A DNA stretch of 45,804 nt from Candidatus Sulfotelmatobacter sp. (GTDB taxonomy: Bacteria > Acidobacteriota > Terriglobia > Terriglobales > Acidobacteriaceae): positions 1 through 45,804 of the forward strand of contig JBAPQU010000326.1 in the NCBI GenBank assembly GCA_049280795.1, in the 5' to 3' direction. Under the pieces are notes generated by a model that was given only the letters and a program-made list of their open reading frames with translations, was not told where the DNA came from and made no database searches. A program made the position numbers and the translations under genes. Positions within the stretch are counted from its first letter, which is position 1. Each line of letters begins with the position of its first letter. Positions 45,301 to 45,804 of this stretch are shown here, in pieces.

Positions 45301-45723
45301 ATGAGCAAGCTTCAGATGGCCGCAACTTCGAGTTCCGATACCATTCGGCGTCATGCGTACCAGAAATACGTCTCGCAGGCGCGGCGGCGAAAGGAAAAAA
45401 CCGTCGCAATTAATGTGGGGCAGGTTCATCGAGAACTTGGCTTGACCAATCGTATTCCGCTGGTTTGCGCTGCACTTGGATCGCGAAAGTTCCTGATCGA
45501 GCACGGTCTCCGCGTCGTCACAAGAACTGGGCCACGATCCGGGCAAAGCACCACCGTCACGTACACGTATGAGCTGATCGATTCGCCCTCTCTGCTGGAC
45601 CGGCAGGACGCGTGGAATCGCCTTCGTGGCGCCCTAAAAGACGTGTACGCTGAATACGGCGGAGGTGAGGCCTATCTGCGCGCTATGCGGGCTTCCTTTC
45701 GCGATGCCGACGAGCAAAAATGA
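45301..45723 (+). CDS. Putative antitoxin-like partner of the downstream PIN gene (atypical, 140 aa)
   Basis: It ends in an ATGA overlap with the PIN start. The C-terminal tail, DAWNRLRGALKDVYAEYGGGEAYLRAMRASFRD, resembles short tails I recall on PIN-associated partners. The N-terminal ~90 aa (AINVGQVHRELGLTNRIPLVCAALGSRKF) are not a standard AbrB, RHH or Phd fold that I can recognise. TTG 45265 is an alternative start. Confidence 0.45.
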   Translation: MSKLQMAATSSSDTIRRHAYQKYVSQARRRKEKTVAINVGQVHRELGLTNRIPLVCAALGSRKFLIEHGLRVVTRTGPRSGQSTTVTYTYELIDSPSLLDRQDAWNRLRGALKDVYAEYGGGEAYLRAMRASFRDADEQK

Positions 45724-45804
45724 GCCGCATCTACTGGGATTCGATGCTGTTCATTTATTGGCTGGACAACAATCCTGCTTTTGCCAAAAGAATTGCCTCT
45801 ATCC
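45720..45804 (+). CDS. PIN-domain (VapC-like) toxin, 5' partial at window edge
   Basis: MSRIYWDSMLFIYWLDNNPAFAKRIASI fits the PIN N-terminus (h-h-D-S/T-x-h-h-I-Y). The first acidic residue, D7, is present. The gene runs off the window. Confidence 0.55.
   Translation, partial: MSRIYWDSMLFIYWLDNNPAFAKRIASI

Noticed and set aside
1-45804. A search by eye for CRISPR arrays, tRNA or rRNA genes, transposases, integrases, restriction-modification systems or known defence-system genes.
   Set aside because: None was found. The only structured RNA recognised is tmRNA, and the only toxin-like element is the partial PIN module at the 3' edge.

Overview
The window is dense (about 90% coding) chromosomal DNA with roughly 55-58% GC by eye. 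It carries several hallmarks of Acidobacteriota/Terriglobia; this taxonomic call is inference only. The hallmarks are a 1107-aa CarboxypepD_reg-type TonB-dependent receptor, a GH79 glucuronidase, many TAT- or Sec-exported catabolic enzymes, and small helical 'LC..A...DP' proteins.

Gene content in order:
- (1) Two tandem secreted paralogs of unknown function, an exported epoxide hydrolase and a stand-alone LytTR protein.
- (2) A nucleoside/ribose scavenging locus. It has a TonB receptor, two exported nucleoside hydrolases, ribokinase, a DMT-type permease and a LacI regulator. Three TGAA-N4-TTCA palindromes sit in its promoter gaps.
- (3) A hexuronate locus with exuT x2, uxaA, an SDR, a CBM9-like protein, uxaC and an exported GH79. 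It is interrupted by an orphan REC-HisKA_3 kinase and two convergent, overlapping small ORFs.
- (4) A tolC-MFP-RND efflux operon flanked by damaged genes, including a decayed multihaem cytochrome c.
- (5) ggt followed by two tandem TAT-exported FAD oxidoreductases.
- (6) A TAT-exported xanthine-dehydrogenase-family Mo enzyme (FeS, Moco and FAD subunits) translationally coupled to a membrane b-type cytochrome, plus an unknown 143-aa protein.
- (7) tmRNA, followed by an atypical antitoxin-like ORF and a PIN (VapC-like) toxin start at the window edge.

I saw no CRISPR array, transposase, integrase, rRNA or tRNA, and no recognisable defence system. The most promising leads for new biology are:
- the receptor-linked periplasmic nucleoside-hydrolase locus with its candidate operator set;
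- the four-component Mo-enzyme/cytochrome b module;
- the tandem exported FAD oxidoreductases;
- the small-ORF pair beside the orphan kinase.

All functional calls rest on motif and family recognition by eye. No database search was possible.
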